NCBI GenBank assembly: GCA_964036045.1
Contig: OZ038378.1
Coordinates: 175,832,001 to 175,896,000 of the forward strand
Origin: Eutreptiella sp. 'Long Island Sound 2002'
Taxonomy: Eukaryota > Protista > Euglenida
Length of the DNA: 64,000 nucleotides
Reading direction: 5' to 3'
Shown piece by piece: positions 49,288 through 59,903 of this stretch. The position numbers and the translations under genes were made by a program. Under the pieces are notes generated by a model. The model was given only the letters and a program-made list of their open reading frames with translations, did no database searches and was not told the DNA's origin. How positions within the stretch are numbered: the stretch's first letter is position 1; the number at the start of each line of letters is the position of its first letter.

Positions 49288-50173
49288 GGGGGACTACTTG
49301 CACCGCACGCACACCGCGCGCACCGTGCGCACCGTGCGCGCACCGCGTAACGTGTTGGAACAAGCTATGGGTTAATTGGTTACTCAATGCTCACGCACTG
49401 CCCACACTCGGAGGCGGAGACGACGGTGGCAGGCACCCTATCACCATTCGATCGGGCGCAGGTGACAGTGATGCCCGCAGGAAGCCATGAAAGAGACCAC
49501 GGGGGGGCGACTACAACCGGTCCTGATGCGACGGCCCCCCCAGCTATCTGTTAAAATCGGGAGGGGGCTGGTGGGCTGTTGGGGGGGGGTCGGCTGGAGG
49601 GTGTGGGGGGGTTCGCCCGTTGGGGGGGGGGGGTCCCAAGGTGGGGGGGCCTACACGCGACCCACTACTACCACATGCATACCTCCAGGGGGGATGTGTG
49701 TCTGAGGTGGGTTTGGGGAAGCTGCTGGTGGCTGTTGTGAAGCAGGGGCTGCAGATGGGTAGGTGTGTCCACAGGTTGTGGTGATCTTTCACTTTGCAAC
49801 AAACGACATTTGTTGAGCGCCTCGTCTTGCTAATTTGGCGCTCAAAACATGGATGGTTTGATGAAAGGGAAGCATGCACAAAAAAACTTCGGCGCCGTTG
49901 GCGCCATGGCCCCAACACCACTATCTCTCAAAACCCGAGGGGGGGGGGGGGGTGGCGGGGGGTGTCGCGTACAAGGACCGGGCCCGGCCGCCCCCCCCCC
50001 CCGTGAAAGAGACATGGGTAAAACTGTAAAGGGTGCACAGTGCAGTATGTGCAATGTTAACCTTTTACAGCTTGAAAACACATGCACTTGACTATCGAAT
50101 AGGTGGATCCACGCACCGCCACCACGCGCGCACCGTGTGTGCACTGCACGCGCACCGCGTATAGTACTCCCTC
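49288..50173. mobile_element. PIF/Harbinger-like non-autonomous element (886 bp)
   Basis: GGGGGACTACTTGCACCGC ... ATAGTACTCCCTC (one terminal mismatch) with TSD TTC (49285-49287, 50174-50176). GCACCG(T/C)GCG repeats at both ends. Confidence 0.7.
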
Positions 50174-50559
50174 TTCATGTCAGAACACCTTCATCTGTGG
50201 CGACACCATTGCAAAGGGGCACAAGCACAACCCTGCACTGCGTTCACATTTATTGCCGGAACCCATCTTGTAGACCCATGAACACCATGACCTCCCAAGA
50301 GCATGAAAAATTGCACCAAAATACAATTCATTATCGTCATATCCTTCTCCAGAGGCATCCTCATTTGCCCATAACCCATGATGCCGGGAGAGACCCAGAG
50401 TAGAGGGGGGCTTGAAATAGGACCCCGGCACTTCCAGTGGGACAAAAACTTTGGACTGCGTGCAAAGGCATCCCGTAGGAGGCCAGGGGAAGATAGAAGA
50501 TGGCTGTTGAAAGGAGCCGGTTGGCAGATGCGTGTGAAGTGCCTCGGTGTAATGCGGAC

Positions 50560-50830
50560 ACTTAATTGGAGGACGGAAAAGAAGCAACCATGCGCCAATG
50601 AAAACAGATTCCGCTCGTTAAGTAGCCCGTTGCGGGACGAAGGGCAACGATTGCTGGTAGCTCACCTGCATTTTCGACAGGGCCAACGCTACGGGCAGCC
50701 GCTGTGTGTACTTGTGCAAAGAAGTAGTGGGGCATATCGGCGTGATGAGGGGGGAGACCAGCATGCGTCAGCGGGTCAGGGGCATGGCCGGGTCACCGAT
50801 CCTCTCTGGGCCAGGCCCAATGGGCCCCCG
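50560..50830 (-). pseudogene. Possible degraded non-LTR RT fragment
   Basis: One minus frame reads LTHAGLPPHHADMPHYFFAQVHT..., loosely resembling the L..xGxP RT motif region. Weak. Confidence 0.25.
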
Positions 50831-52235
50831 ACAGATCGCGATCCCTGGCCCCTGCGCCCTCGCGTTGGGTACAACCTCCTGATTAAGGAGTTCAGGTGAC
50901 GACTTCTGTTGCTGCCGTCCGTGCCTTCCGCGTGCAGGCGGCCGGTCTACACGCCGGCGTTTACCGATGTTGTGCGCTGCCCCTGGCGCCAGCGGGTTGT
51001 CCTGGTGCATTGCATGCTGCGCACCGTCACACGGCTTCATCAGACCGGGAGGTTGCGACACCCGCGTGCCTTGTTTCATGAAATGACCTGTTTCTGGCCC
51101 GAGGCAACAGTGGCACCAGGCTGGGGTGTGGACCACTGCCTGGTTTTCACCTCAAGCGACGAAGGTGCTCTCTGATTGCATCATGGCCCTCCCTTCAGCG
51201 GCCAATGGCCCATCAATTCTTCAATATTTTTTTTGGGGCAGGGGGGCTGACATGCGCTTAGGCAGAGTGTTATTGCCCACCCATTGGAACTGAGTTGGGG
51301 TACCCAAAGCAGTTCCATCCCACTTCGCAATTGGAGGTCGTAAGTGTTGTTGTCGGCCATGGAATGCAGCAGTGGCCACTCCGAAGTCAAGAAAGACAGC
51401 AGACAGATGATCACAATAACCAAAAGAACAGGCCACTTCCACCGAACAACGGGGGGCTGGGCACAATTCAGTATTCCAAGGGGGGGCTCATTGGTTCGGA
51501 GTGCCCATCGGCCCAGTGGAAGATTAGGTTGTTCAACAAAGCTGCCTACCAAGAGTTACCACTGAAAAGCACATGACTTCAAAATGGAGCGGGATGGGGA
51601 GGGGTTACCCCCGTGGAGTGAGCACCCATTGGGACGCACTTGTTCAAGTTGTGCGGAGGGAGCCCTCAATGTCGTTTGCAGGATGCTGAGCGGTGCAGCA
51701 TGCGGGCTGCCGCTGTACATCAGCTGATTTCCTCTGGGTCTTGACCAAATGTGTGACAGAAGTGTTGCCCGGCTGCCTCGCGTGCACAACAGAGCGGCCC
51801 CATATAACCCAAAGCTCATATCGTATGATTCGCACCCAATCGCCAACAGTCGTCAGTCAGTCAACAGCCCAGAATTAGGAGACAAAACCTGATATTGACC
51901 AAGAATAGCCACGCATCTCAGAACAGCAGCACACCCAACACCTCTTTAAACCACCAGGAATAGGAGCGAATTCAGTACTGATTTGCTTTGAATCACCATT
52001 CGTGTCTTGTCTACTGGCTGGAAGTGTCTTAGTGGGGACATTCGGCCGATCACAACGAACCATTCAGCCCCATTCACACCGGGAATTCTGTGATCCTTTG
52101 CTGCCAGGGTTTGTTCTCGGTGGCTCTGAGGGTTGAATAGGGGCTATTATTTGTTGTGGTTTCTCTTTTTGCAACATTGTCCTTAAAGGGGGAACGTTAG
52201 CGTGCCGGGCGCGCGCCGGGCATCTTTTGTGACCC

Positions 52236-52530
52236 GTGCCCCACCGGTGGACTGGTGCCGTTGATGTGTTGGGCAACATTATATGGATTTGCCCCTTGGC
52301 CCCCGGGACATCAGCAGATGTTCTGATTTGGGATGGGTATGGACCTTCTCGTACCCAAGGTGATTTCGAAGTTGGGGGCCATGATGGTGTTTTTAAAGGC
52401 CGAATTCATGTCATTGTGCCATACATTGGAAGAAAGAATGGCACTTTGACAGCCCACCAACAATGTTACAATGACGTGCACGGGTGGTATAAGGCACGCA
52501 TTGAGCAGCTGTTTGCTTGGTTGTGGCACA
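52236..52530 (+). pseudogene. DDE_Tnp_4 (PIF/Harbinger-type) transposase fragment
   Basis: PGTSADVLIWD...GGHDGVFKG...IVPY...LTAHQQCYNDVHGWYKARIEQLFAWL matches the D..GY/P/YN..H...R..IE..F pattern. Truncated on both sides. Confidence 0.75.
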
Positions 52531-52533
52531 CAA

Positions 52534-52674
52534 GATGAGGCAGAGGATGAGGCAGAAGTGTGTGTGTTGTGTTGCCAGAAGCGCTCCACCGTTGCAGTTT
52601 GTGATGAGTGTAAGGAGCACTATTGTACTGAATGTATTGACACCCACACTTGTGGGACCAATGTTGTTTGTTAA
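52534..52674 (+). pseudogene. B-box-like zinc-finger remnant downstream of the DDE fragment (different frame)
   Basis: DEAEDEAEVCVLCCQKRSTVAVCDECKEHYCTECIDTHTC. Confidence 0.5.
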
Positions 52675-53170
52675 GTACAATACAGATGACAGTTGGAGTT
52701 GCTGAATTCACAGATATTGCTTTATTATGCAACGTGCTTTGTAGGGAAGGTGTGCAGTGCAACGTGGTCTACTTGGGGGGCTTCTCCATGAGAGGGTAAA
52801 TCTGGGGCTCAAGTCGGGATAGTTAATAGAAAAGTAGCGCGCCGGGCGCGCGCCGGGCAAACATTCCCCCAAAATGCCACACTGCCTTCCTTTGCCTGCC
52901 CTAATGTTGGCACTTTAAAAAATTGTCCAACACTGAGGCTTTTTTCTGATGCGGATGCCAACTATTGCGTTTCACAAGCAAAACCTCGCCTCCTCCCAAT
53001 TGCCCTGCTGGGACTGGCAGTTTGTGCTGTCTGTTGTGGTGCTAAACATGCTCAATGGAGTAGGATACTGCATAATAATCACACATCGAGTCCTCCCCCC
53101 CACTCCCCCTTCAACCAGCCTTTATGGAACAATCAACCCTGTGTGCACATTGCACTGCAGCTGCACGTAC

Positions 53171-53300
53171 TTTGTACAGACGTGAACGTGAGCTGCTCCA
53201 GCAGGGTATCTATCACGTGCTCAGGGCAACTTACATTGATGGCTGCCACCAGCTCACTGGCTGCACAGGCTGCGGTGATTAGGTGACATAAACACCACAC
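53171..53300 (-). CDS. Candidate exon of an unresolved minus-strand gene
   Basis: The acceptor CCCCCTTCCAG|GTGTGG matches BEACH intron 3. Encodes VWCLCHLITAACAASELVAAIN. Possible donors are AAT|GTAAGT (53235) or CAAA|GTACGT (53171). Confidence 0.4.
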
Positions 53301-56138
53301 CTGGAAGGGGGCCTCAAACCAAATGTGACGGAGGGATAGAGAGGGTGGCCGATCTGCACACTGGCTCTGCTGTGTCCTGGCTACCACCCGAATTCCGGTG
53401 GACACATCTTGAACCCCCCCCCCCCCCCCCTCCCCGGGAACAGTCACCTCCTAGTTCAAACAAACGCATCAGTTCCGCGTGTTCTGCATCCTTGTCTGCT
53501 ATGTTGCTGTGAACCGTGAGGAATTGTTGTCATTTTGCTCTTCCTATATAAGAGTACTCCAAGGACTCTACCGCAAGTGCAAGCATTTCATTTTGCCGCA
53601 TGGTTTCTATCACCTGGTGTACAGTATGCGATCTAACCGGCAGGAGCCACGTGAACGCACGGGGCATGGCCAGGCAATCACTGAGCAAACATGGCCTAGG
53701 TCAGCCATGGAGCCTCTTGTTCTGTCGGCACCCAAGGCCCCCTTCCACCCGACCCTGAGGGATGCAAGGGTGGGGCTTAGTGCCCTCAAGCCTAAGGCCA
53801 ATGCTCCGAAATATGCACTCTCTCTCTTTTGTATCTATCACCTGGTCACCTTAGACCATGCATCTCACAGTGGCCCTATGCCGATGCCCATTGACCATGC
53901 CCCTTGCCTGGTCGGAATATAATGTTTTTGAAGGGATGGACGCAGGATAAGATTCCCAGCAATGCACAGTGTTGCCCTAGTTCCCAGCTTAGAAATGGGT
54001 CCCTCTAGCTCACTGATTTTTTGTATACATAAGTGCTTTGGACCTTGACAGGGTTGAAGCCTTTTCCATGCAACAACCCCCCTTTGTTTGCACGCTGGAT
54101 CTTGGGCTTCACCACCGGACTCTGAATGGCCGGTGATCACATTCGAGCACTGACCCCGCTGACCCATGCTGGTGTCCCTCCCTAATACGGTGTTCCCCTT
54201 CGTTTACACGCACTGAGCTGGACTTCACAGACAGACAGACAGATAGACAGACAGACACATACGCTCATACCCACACACACCCTCTTGGAGACCCTGCTGC
54301 CCGCTATTGACCACACTGGTGTCCCTCCTTAAAACGAGTTATGACCTGAAAAGGCGCTTGCCCTCCTTAAAATGAGTCGACAGACTCTTACTCCTGGCTG
54401 CTGGCCTTCCCTAGCGCACTAGCGTCTGGACCTTGTAAGGTCTGTGCCCTCCTTAAAATGAACACCCCCCCCCCCCCCAAACACTGAGACGGAGAGGCGC
54501 AGACAAGACATGCAACACGAGTCCAAGTGTCCCCACCGCCAGGGGGCCCCATCTCCTGGGGAAGCTGTCACTGAGTGGGGCAGCAGTGCCACTGTTGTAC
54601 CCAGTGCTACACATTTGGAGCTGTGGTGAGTGTGATAACCTCTGGCAAGCCTCCGGACCTACCAAGCACGTCCTGTCCAGGGTTTGGTCTGCTGGTCTGG
54701 CCCTGGCCTCATGATGTGGCATCATGTCTCAGACTGTGCCCCACTGCCCATGTGACTCTGGCCAGACAAGCACAGCTGGTGTGGCTGCATCTGCATTTTC
54801 CTATCAAGCACAGCTGGTGTGGCTGCATCTGCATTTTCCTATGAACAATCATTCTGAGACATGAATATTGTGGTTTCCTTCCCATTTTGAAGGTACGAGG
54901 CTGGCTGTTTCTGTGTGTGTTGAGGTGTCAATCATCTAGATTTTGTGGCCACTGCATGAGGAAACCTGGTTGCTTTTTTCTTTTTTTGCTGTTGGGTTAC
55001 ATGTGGAACAGTTGAAGGGATGGCCCACTGCTGTTGAGTTTCCTACATCCCCAATATGAGGTGTCCTCATTATCTCCAGGGTCGGCAAAAGTTGAATGAC
55101 CATGCCCTAGTGCACCGAGGAGAATGACACCCGGCGAACATCCCATGGCCCGGTAAAGTTGCCCGCACTGCATGTAGGGGCTTTGATGACCTATGTGTAC
55201 CAATGGCTGTTTCACCTTTTCCGTTTCCTGTCACCGAGGAGTGTGAAAACATGTGCTGAAATGCACGTGCCTGCATGTGCACGCCTAATGTTTTGCCTTT
55301 ATCGTGCCATCTTCAAAGGATTTGCAGTACTGGACTTTGTATGTTTTCCTCAGTGCCTCCCAACCCCTCCCATCCAAAGTTAGGCTCCACTTAGGGGAGA
55401 GCATCCATGTGGTGGGCGTTCGTGGTGCGGCTATTTGGCAGCATCTATGGGAAAGGTGATTTGTGCTCTTGTGCCGGGCACCGATGCGGATGTACTTCTT
55501 TAGCACCGTGAAGGGCCGCACCAGACCAAGGGCCATTTCCAGGTTTCCAGGTTTCAACATTTGAGGTGGGCGCCAATCGTGTTGTGCTCCTTGGCCATCG
55601 GTGACACAACCACACAAAAATGGGCTAGAAGAAGAAAGTAAGTAAGAGGGAGTTGCATGCACCCCGCCACCATGCACTTTACCATAACGCCTTGCCATTG
55701 GGCCTGAAATGCGGGAAAAAAGAGTGCCCATGTCAACCATCATACAAAAAGTTGGATGGTAGGTGCACGGTGCACGCAACACCCTCTCATAGAAATCCAA
55801 CCATACAAACCAAATCATAAAATTTCACGTCTGGATATTTGTGCATAGAGGGTGTTTCTGCACAGCGTGCGCACAGTGCCAAATCGTAATTCAACATTCC
55901 TGTGACCACCTTGAAATCCACCCACCTTTGGGAAAGCGCATGTGCACAGGGCACAAACGGCAAAAATCCTCATGGGACCTGAGCCAAATGTCACACACAA
56001 CTCTCCAAGACCAAAGGGGCAAACAAATGTTCCATGCGTGCTCTATAATGCCCATGAATATCATTATAGGTCTTTTGCAGGTGATGCAGCGTGCTCTTCT
56101 TGTACTTGCCCATCCATCTCAAGAACATCCTCATGTAC

Positions 56139-56228
56139 CTCCATAGGAATCACGGCCAAATCTTTGGTTGCAGCTTCTAGGCTCTCTTGTAGATCCTCCT
56201 GGTTATAGAGGATGTCGTCATGCTTGAA
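56139..56228 (-). CDS. Candidate 90-nt exon of an unresolved minus-strand gene
   Basis: GCCCAG|TTC AAG ... ATG GAG|GTACAT, with the same donor as BEACH intron 4. Encodes FKHDDILYNQEDLQESLEAATKDLAVIPME. Confidence 0.4.
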
Positions 56229-57336
56229 CTGGGCGTAGCCAACCTCAGCCCAGCCTCCGAACAGTCAATGTCTTGCGGCCAATTAAAAGGGCGTAGGAAT
56301 GCAATGGTCCCTTATATGCACCATCATGTATACCCACTCAAACTCCATGAAACATGCTTTGGTGCGTTCCCTTTTCTTACACCAGCACGTCTGTGCGTGA
56401 AAGGAAGGGAGGGGAAGGGAGGGAAGGGAGGAGGACGCCTTGCAATTGTCGCAGACAAATGTTCATCTGTGTTGTGCAACAAAAAATGCCCCGTGATGTA
56501 TGCGTGGCAGTCAGATTTGCAAACTATGTCTCCTAGCACTTTGGGCACTAGAAGGTAGCTGTACTGAGCATTTGATGCGAACCAGCTATGTTAGAGTGTA
56601 GACACGATGCTACAAGCCATACATACGTGGTGGTCGCGGATGGCCTTCGGCAAAAGTACGGGGTCATGTGGTCACAAGATTACATCCCCCCCCCCCTTCT
56701 AGATGGCTCCTTGCGACACTGTCCAACGGCACATTCTGACTGAGCGACATGGATGCGCATTTGTGTGAGCTCGCTGCTCCAGTGGACCGCCCCCCACAAT
56801 TGGAAGCCTCCTCCTCTCGCTGCATCACCGTGTATCAACCAAAAGAGGTAGAAACAACCAAGATACCCCTAACCCAATTACTAACCCACCCCACCCCCTA
56901 TACACATGGAAGTAGAACTCAGGGAATACCCGGACCCCCTGCCCCCATCGCCCAATGCAATTCATCTCTTGCCGAGAATTGTCACAGTTTTTGGGCGAGG
57001 CATTATATGCGGCATGTGATGGAGCACGTGTGTACGTATTGAAGAGTCGTGTTTTGTCTTGCGAGGGAGGACATGGGGAAATTACAGCCCTCCTTCCTAT
57101 GTCGGCAATGGGTCTATCCCTACCTTCCTTGTGCGTCACGGACACAAGCAGAAACTTCCATTCAAAAATTGTTCCAATTTGGCATTCTAAAAGTGCCCAA
57201 AGACTAGCCGTTTTTAAAATGCCCTGCCCTGCCTGCAGAACATACGGCGAATGGCTTAGTTTAGGCTTCGGTTTCAGGGCCCACGTGTTTGCATTTTCTT
57301 CTGTGTGCAAGGCATCCTGGCCACTGCCGTTTGGTA

Positions 57337-58095
57337 CCCCCCCCCCCCCCTTGCGCTAACACGGGCTTGTCCAAACACGGAGACCCCGTGTTTCCGCACT
57401 TTTGGTCCTTTTTTTGAACCGTCGTTTTTGCGGTTCTGATCCAATAGAGAACGTGGTTTATAGCTTTGTGCAGGATGCAGGAAGGGTCAATATGGGTGAC
57501 AAAGTGTTGCTACAGCTATAATTCCATGTGCTCTTGTACTCTGGGGTGTATGCTGGTCTGTTGGACACTCTTTCATAGTCATGAACGATTCTCTTTTCGC
57601 TGCTGGACAGCCTGTCACATACCAGCGTTACACAAACAACGAGTTTGTGCCTGCTCGAGGTCTGGGGCATGTCTTTGAGGGCAAGCTGTACTTTACAAAG
57701 GACATCGTGGATGACAGTTTTGTTCCCAAGGGTACGAAACTCAAGGCTGTGCCTGAGCCAGCCGCGAAGCCTGCTCCCAAGGCAGCCCCGAAGCCAGCCC
57801 CAAAAGGCAAGCATGTCCAGCTCTTCAAGATGAAGCGGAAGGTTGGCAAGGGGTTCTATTCAGTGCCTGTCAATCAGAATGAAAGTGACTGAGTGACACC
57901 TGAGTTGTGTAGCTAAAGAAAAATGACTTGTGCTATCATGTTGGGAGGGTTAAGGTTGGGCTATGCCTACAACTTGTGTTCCGCAGTACGTGCCGCGCGC
58001 TAACACAGGCTTGTCCAAACACGGGGACCCCGTGTCTCCGCACTTTTGGTCCTGGAACCAGAACCTGGCCTGTGTTTGCGCAAAGGGGGGGGGGG
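57337..58095. mobile_element. Poly(C)/poly(G)-ended element (759 bp) with TA TSD, carrying an ORF
   Basis: TA-C14-TTGCGC ... GCGCAAA-G11-TA. An internal ~57-bp direct repeat, GCGCTAACAC...CCGCACTTTTGGTCC, occurs near 57354 and 57996. Confidence 0.8.
57581..57892 (+). CDS. Element-borne 103-aa ORF (SH3/Tudor-like start, then PAPK Lys-rich tail)
   Basis: MNDSLFAAGQPVTYQRYTNNEFVPARGLG...PAAKPAPKAAPKPAPK; coding-like composition. Confidence 0.5.
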   Translation: MNDSLFAAGQPVTYQRYTNNEFVPARGLGHVFEGKLYFTKDIVDDSFVPKGTKLKAVPEPAAKPAPKAAPKPAPKGKHVQLFKMKRKVGKGFYSVPVNQNESD

Positions 58096-58339
58096 TAACA
58101 GCGCCTTCGGCACACCACACCACACCGCACTGTGTAGCTGAGGGCTGGCGAGTACTGCAGCCCGAGGAAAAAGCCACCTGGTGGGGGTTTGCAAGAGGAA
58201 GAGAGAAAAATGTCAAAAAAAAGTCGGACTGAAACTCGCACAGACGGATTGATGCGAATGTGTGGCAGCAAGAGACAGCGTTTGAAGCTGTGGTGTGTTG
58301 AATAAAAGCCATGTCTCCCTGCTGCTGCCTCATATGTTA

Positions 58340-58840
58340 CGCAACGGAAATGCCTTTTGAAGATTCCTAGCGGGGCCCTTGGCCATTCTCTAGCGTTGTC
58401 GATGGTGCAGGCGGCGGTTGGTGGTCGAAGTTGTTGCGGGATATATAGTCTGCCAACTCACTTTTTATACGAGGAATATGGTGGACACCCAGGTGGGACT
58501 GGCTGAGGTCAGTCCACCATCTTTTAGTTTCGCCTTCTCCGGTAGTGGACCCTTTTGAAAGGTCATCACAGGAAAGGTATGTTAGAATGGACACGTTTGC
58601 CTCTACACTTGACTGCAAGTATGCACTGCGTGGTGCTGTACACAGCATGGGGAGCAGGCAGCTTTGTTGCAAAGGGGTTGCCCGAGTCTAAGCACTCAAA
58701 CATCCAACCCTGTTGCCTGGCTATGTGACCTGGAAGCGGATTATTCACCATGAATACCATTTCCTCCTGCCCTTCAATGTTTTCCTGCTGATGCGTCTCC
58801 ACGCAACTCATGTGCTGTTGATTTAGGAGGCATGCCACGA
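58340..58840 (-). pseudogene. Decayed Ty3/Gypsy-like RNase H fragment
   Basis: KRWWTDLSQSHLGVHHIPRIKSELADYISRN matches RW..L......H.PG..N..AD.LSR. The upstream frame has YSTT...ILA. Frameshifted. Confidence 0.6.
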
Positions 58841-58936
58841 GCCTGATGCTCTTTGTACGGATCTTGACTGACTGAAGCAGAGGGTGCTGATTTTTTTTTT
58901 CTGTCTAATTGCCGTTGCTATGTGTGGTCAGCTGCC

Positions 58937-59080
58937 ATGAAACCAGCTCCGCCCACGTACGTAGCCTCGAAGCTGCAGGTCCCCGACATCCCGGAGGCAG
59001 TGCTGAAGAAGTCATGGCTGTCTCTGGATTTCGACAATGACGGTTGGCTGCCGATGGACGAGTTGTGGCTACTGCTGCAG
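58937..59080 (+). CDS. EF-hand protein, first detected exon
   Basis: MKPAPP...LSLDFDNDGWLPMDELWLLLQ contains the DxDxDGxLxxxE loop. An AG acceptor lies 5 nt upstream of the ATG; donor CAG|GTCTGT. Confidence 0.7.
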
Positions 59081-59532
59081 GTCTGTTCCATTCTTCTCCG
59101 ACCCTATTCCAATTTATCCGTCCCAGCCCTCTTCCAACCCGTTTCGTCCTCCCATTCTTTCCTCTCCATTCTCTCGATAGCGGTTGCCACCACTCTCCTT
59201 CTCCACCCCTCTTCATGCCTTCTCCTTCAGCCCTTTTCCCAGCCATAGCAATTGTATCTTCTCTGAGCTGATTGTGCACAGCTGATAGCCTGGGAGTGGT
59301 GGCATCAAGTAGTCAAGTTTTCCGACTATGCGTGCCGTATCAAATTCTCCCAAACCTTGCAGTTCTTTCCAGCCCTCTCCTTCTTCAGCCATCTGCAGCC
59401 CTCTCCTTCTGCAGCCCTCTCCCCAACCCTCTCACAGCCTTTGCAAAATTTGCAACCATCTTCCACCGCCGATGGTCATTGAGATATCTCCCAACGACCT
59501 CCCAACCTTCTCACATCCTCTCCAACTCTCAG

Positions 59533-59903
59533 GAGTGCAGCCTCGAAACGGACATGCATCTGTACCCCGAGGCCATCCGCCAGGAACTGCAGCTCAAGGG
59601 CAACATTGACATATTCACATGGGAAGGCTTTAAGGAGGTGATGGCGAAGCCAGTCTCCTTTGCTTCGCCTCAAAACTCCATCCATGCCTCATCGGTCAGC
59701 GTTCCTCAGACCTTCGAGGCACCGCTCCATTGTATTGTCTCCATGGACGACGCCACGGTAACCACCCGAAGCAGCGTCTCGGCGCACACGAACGAATCCA
59801 TCACTCCGCTGATGTCGAGCCCGCTTCCGGAAGTGACACTCACTGAGGCCCCACTGCCAGATACTCCGAATGAGTGGAACAATCCCGTCACGTTGCTGGC
59901 TAG
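59533..59903 (+). CDS. EF-hand protein, second exon; the gene probably continues downstream
   Basis: CTCAG|GAG TGC..., phase 0. Encodes ...IDIFTWEGFKEVM (degenerate EF-hand exit helix), then Ser/Thr/Pro-rich sequence. Donor GCTAG|GTGCAC. Confidence 0.65.

Larger units (their letters stand above)
52188..52870 (+). mobile_element. Internally deleted PIF/Harbinger element (683 bp) with a transposase remnant
   Basis: TIR GGGGGAA(C/T)GTT ... AACATTCCCCC, TSD AAA (52185-52187, 52871-52873), and GCCGGGCGCGC repeats at both ends. Confidence 0.85.

Noticed and set aside
55760-55880. Degenerate Harbinger-like ends (GCACGGTGCACGCAACACCCTC and GAGGGTGTTTCTGCACAGCG)
   Set aside because: No partner ends or TSDs could be found, so element boundaries cannot be defined.
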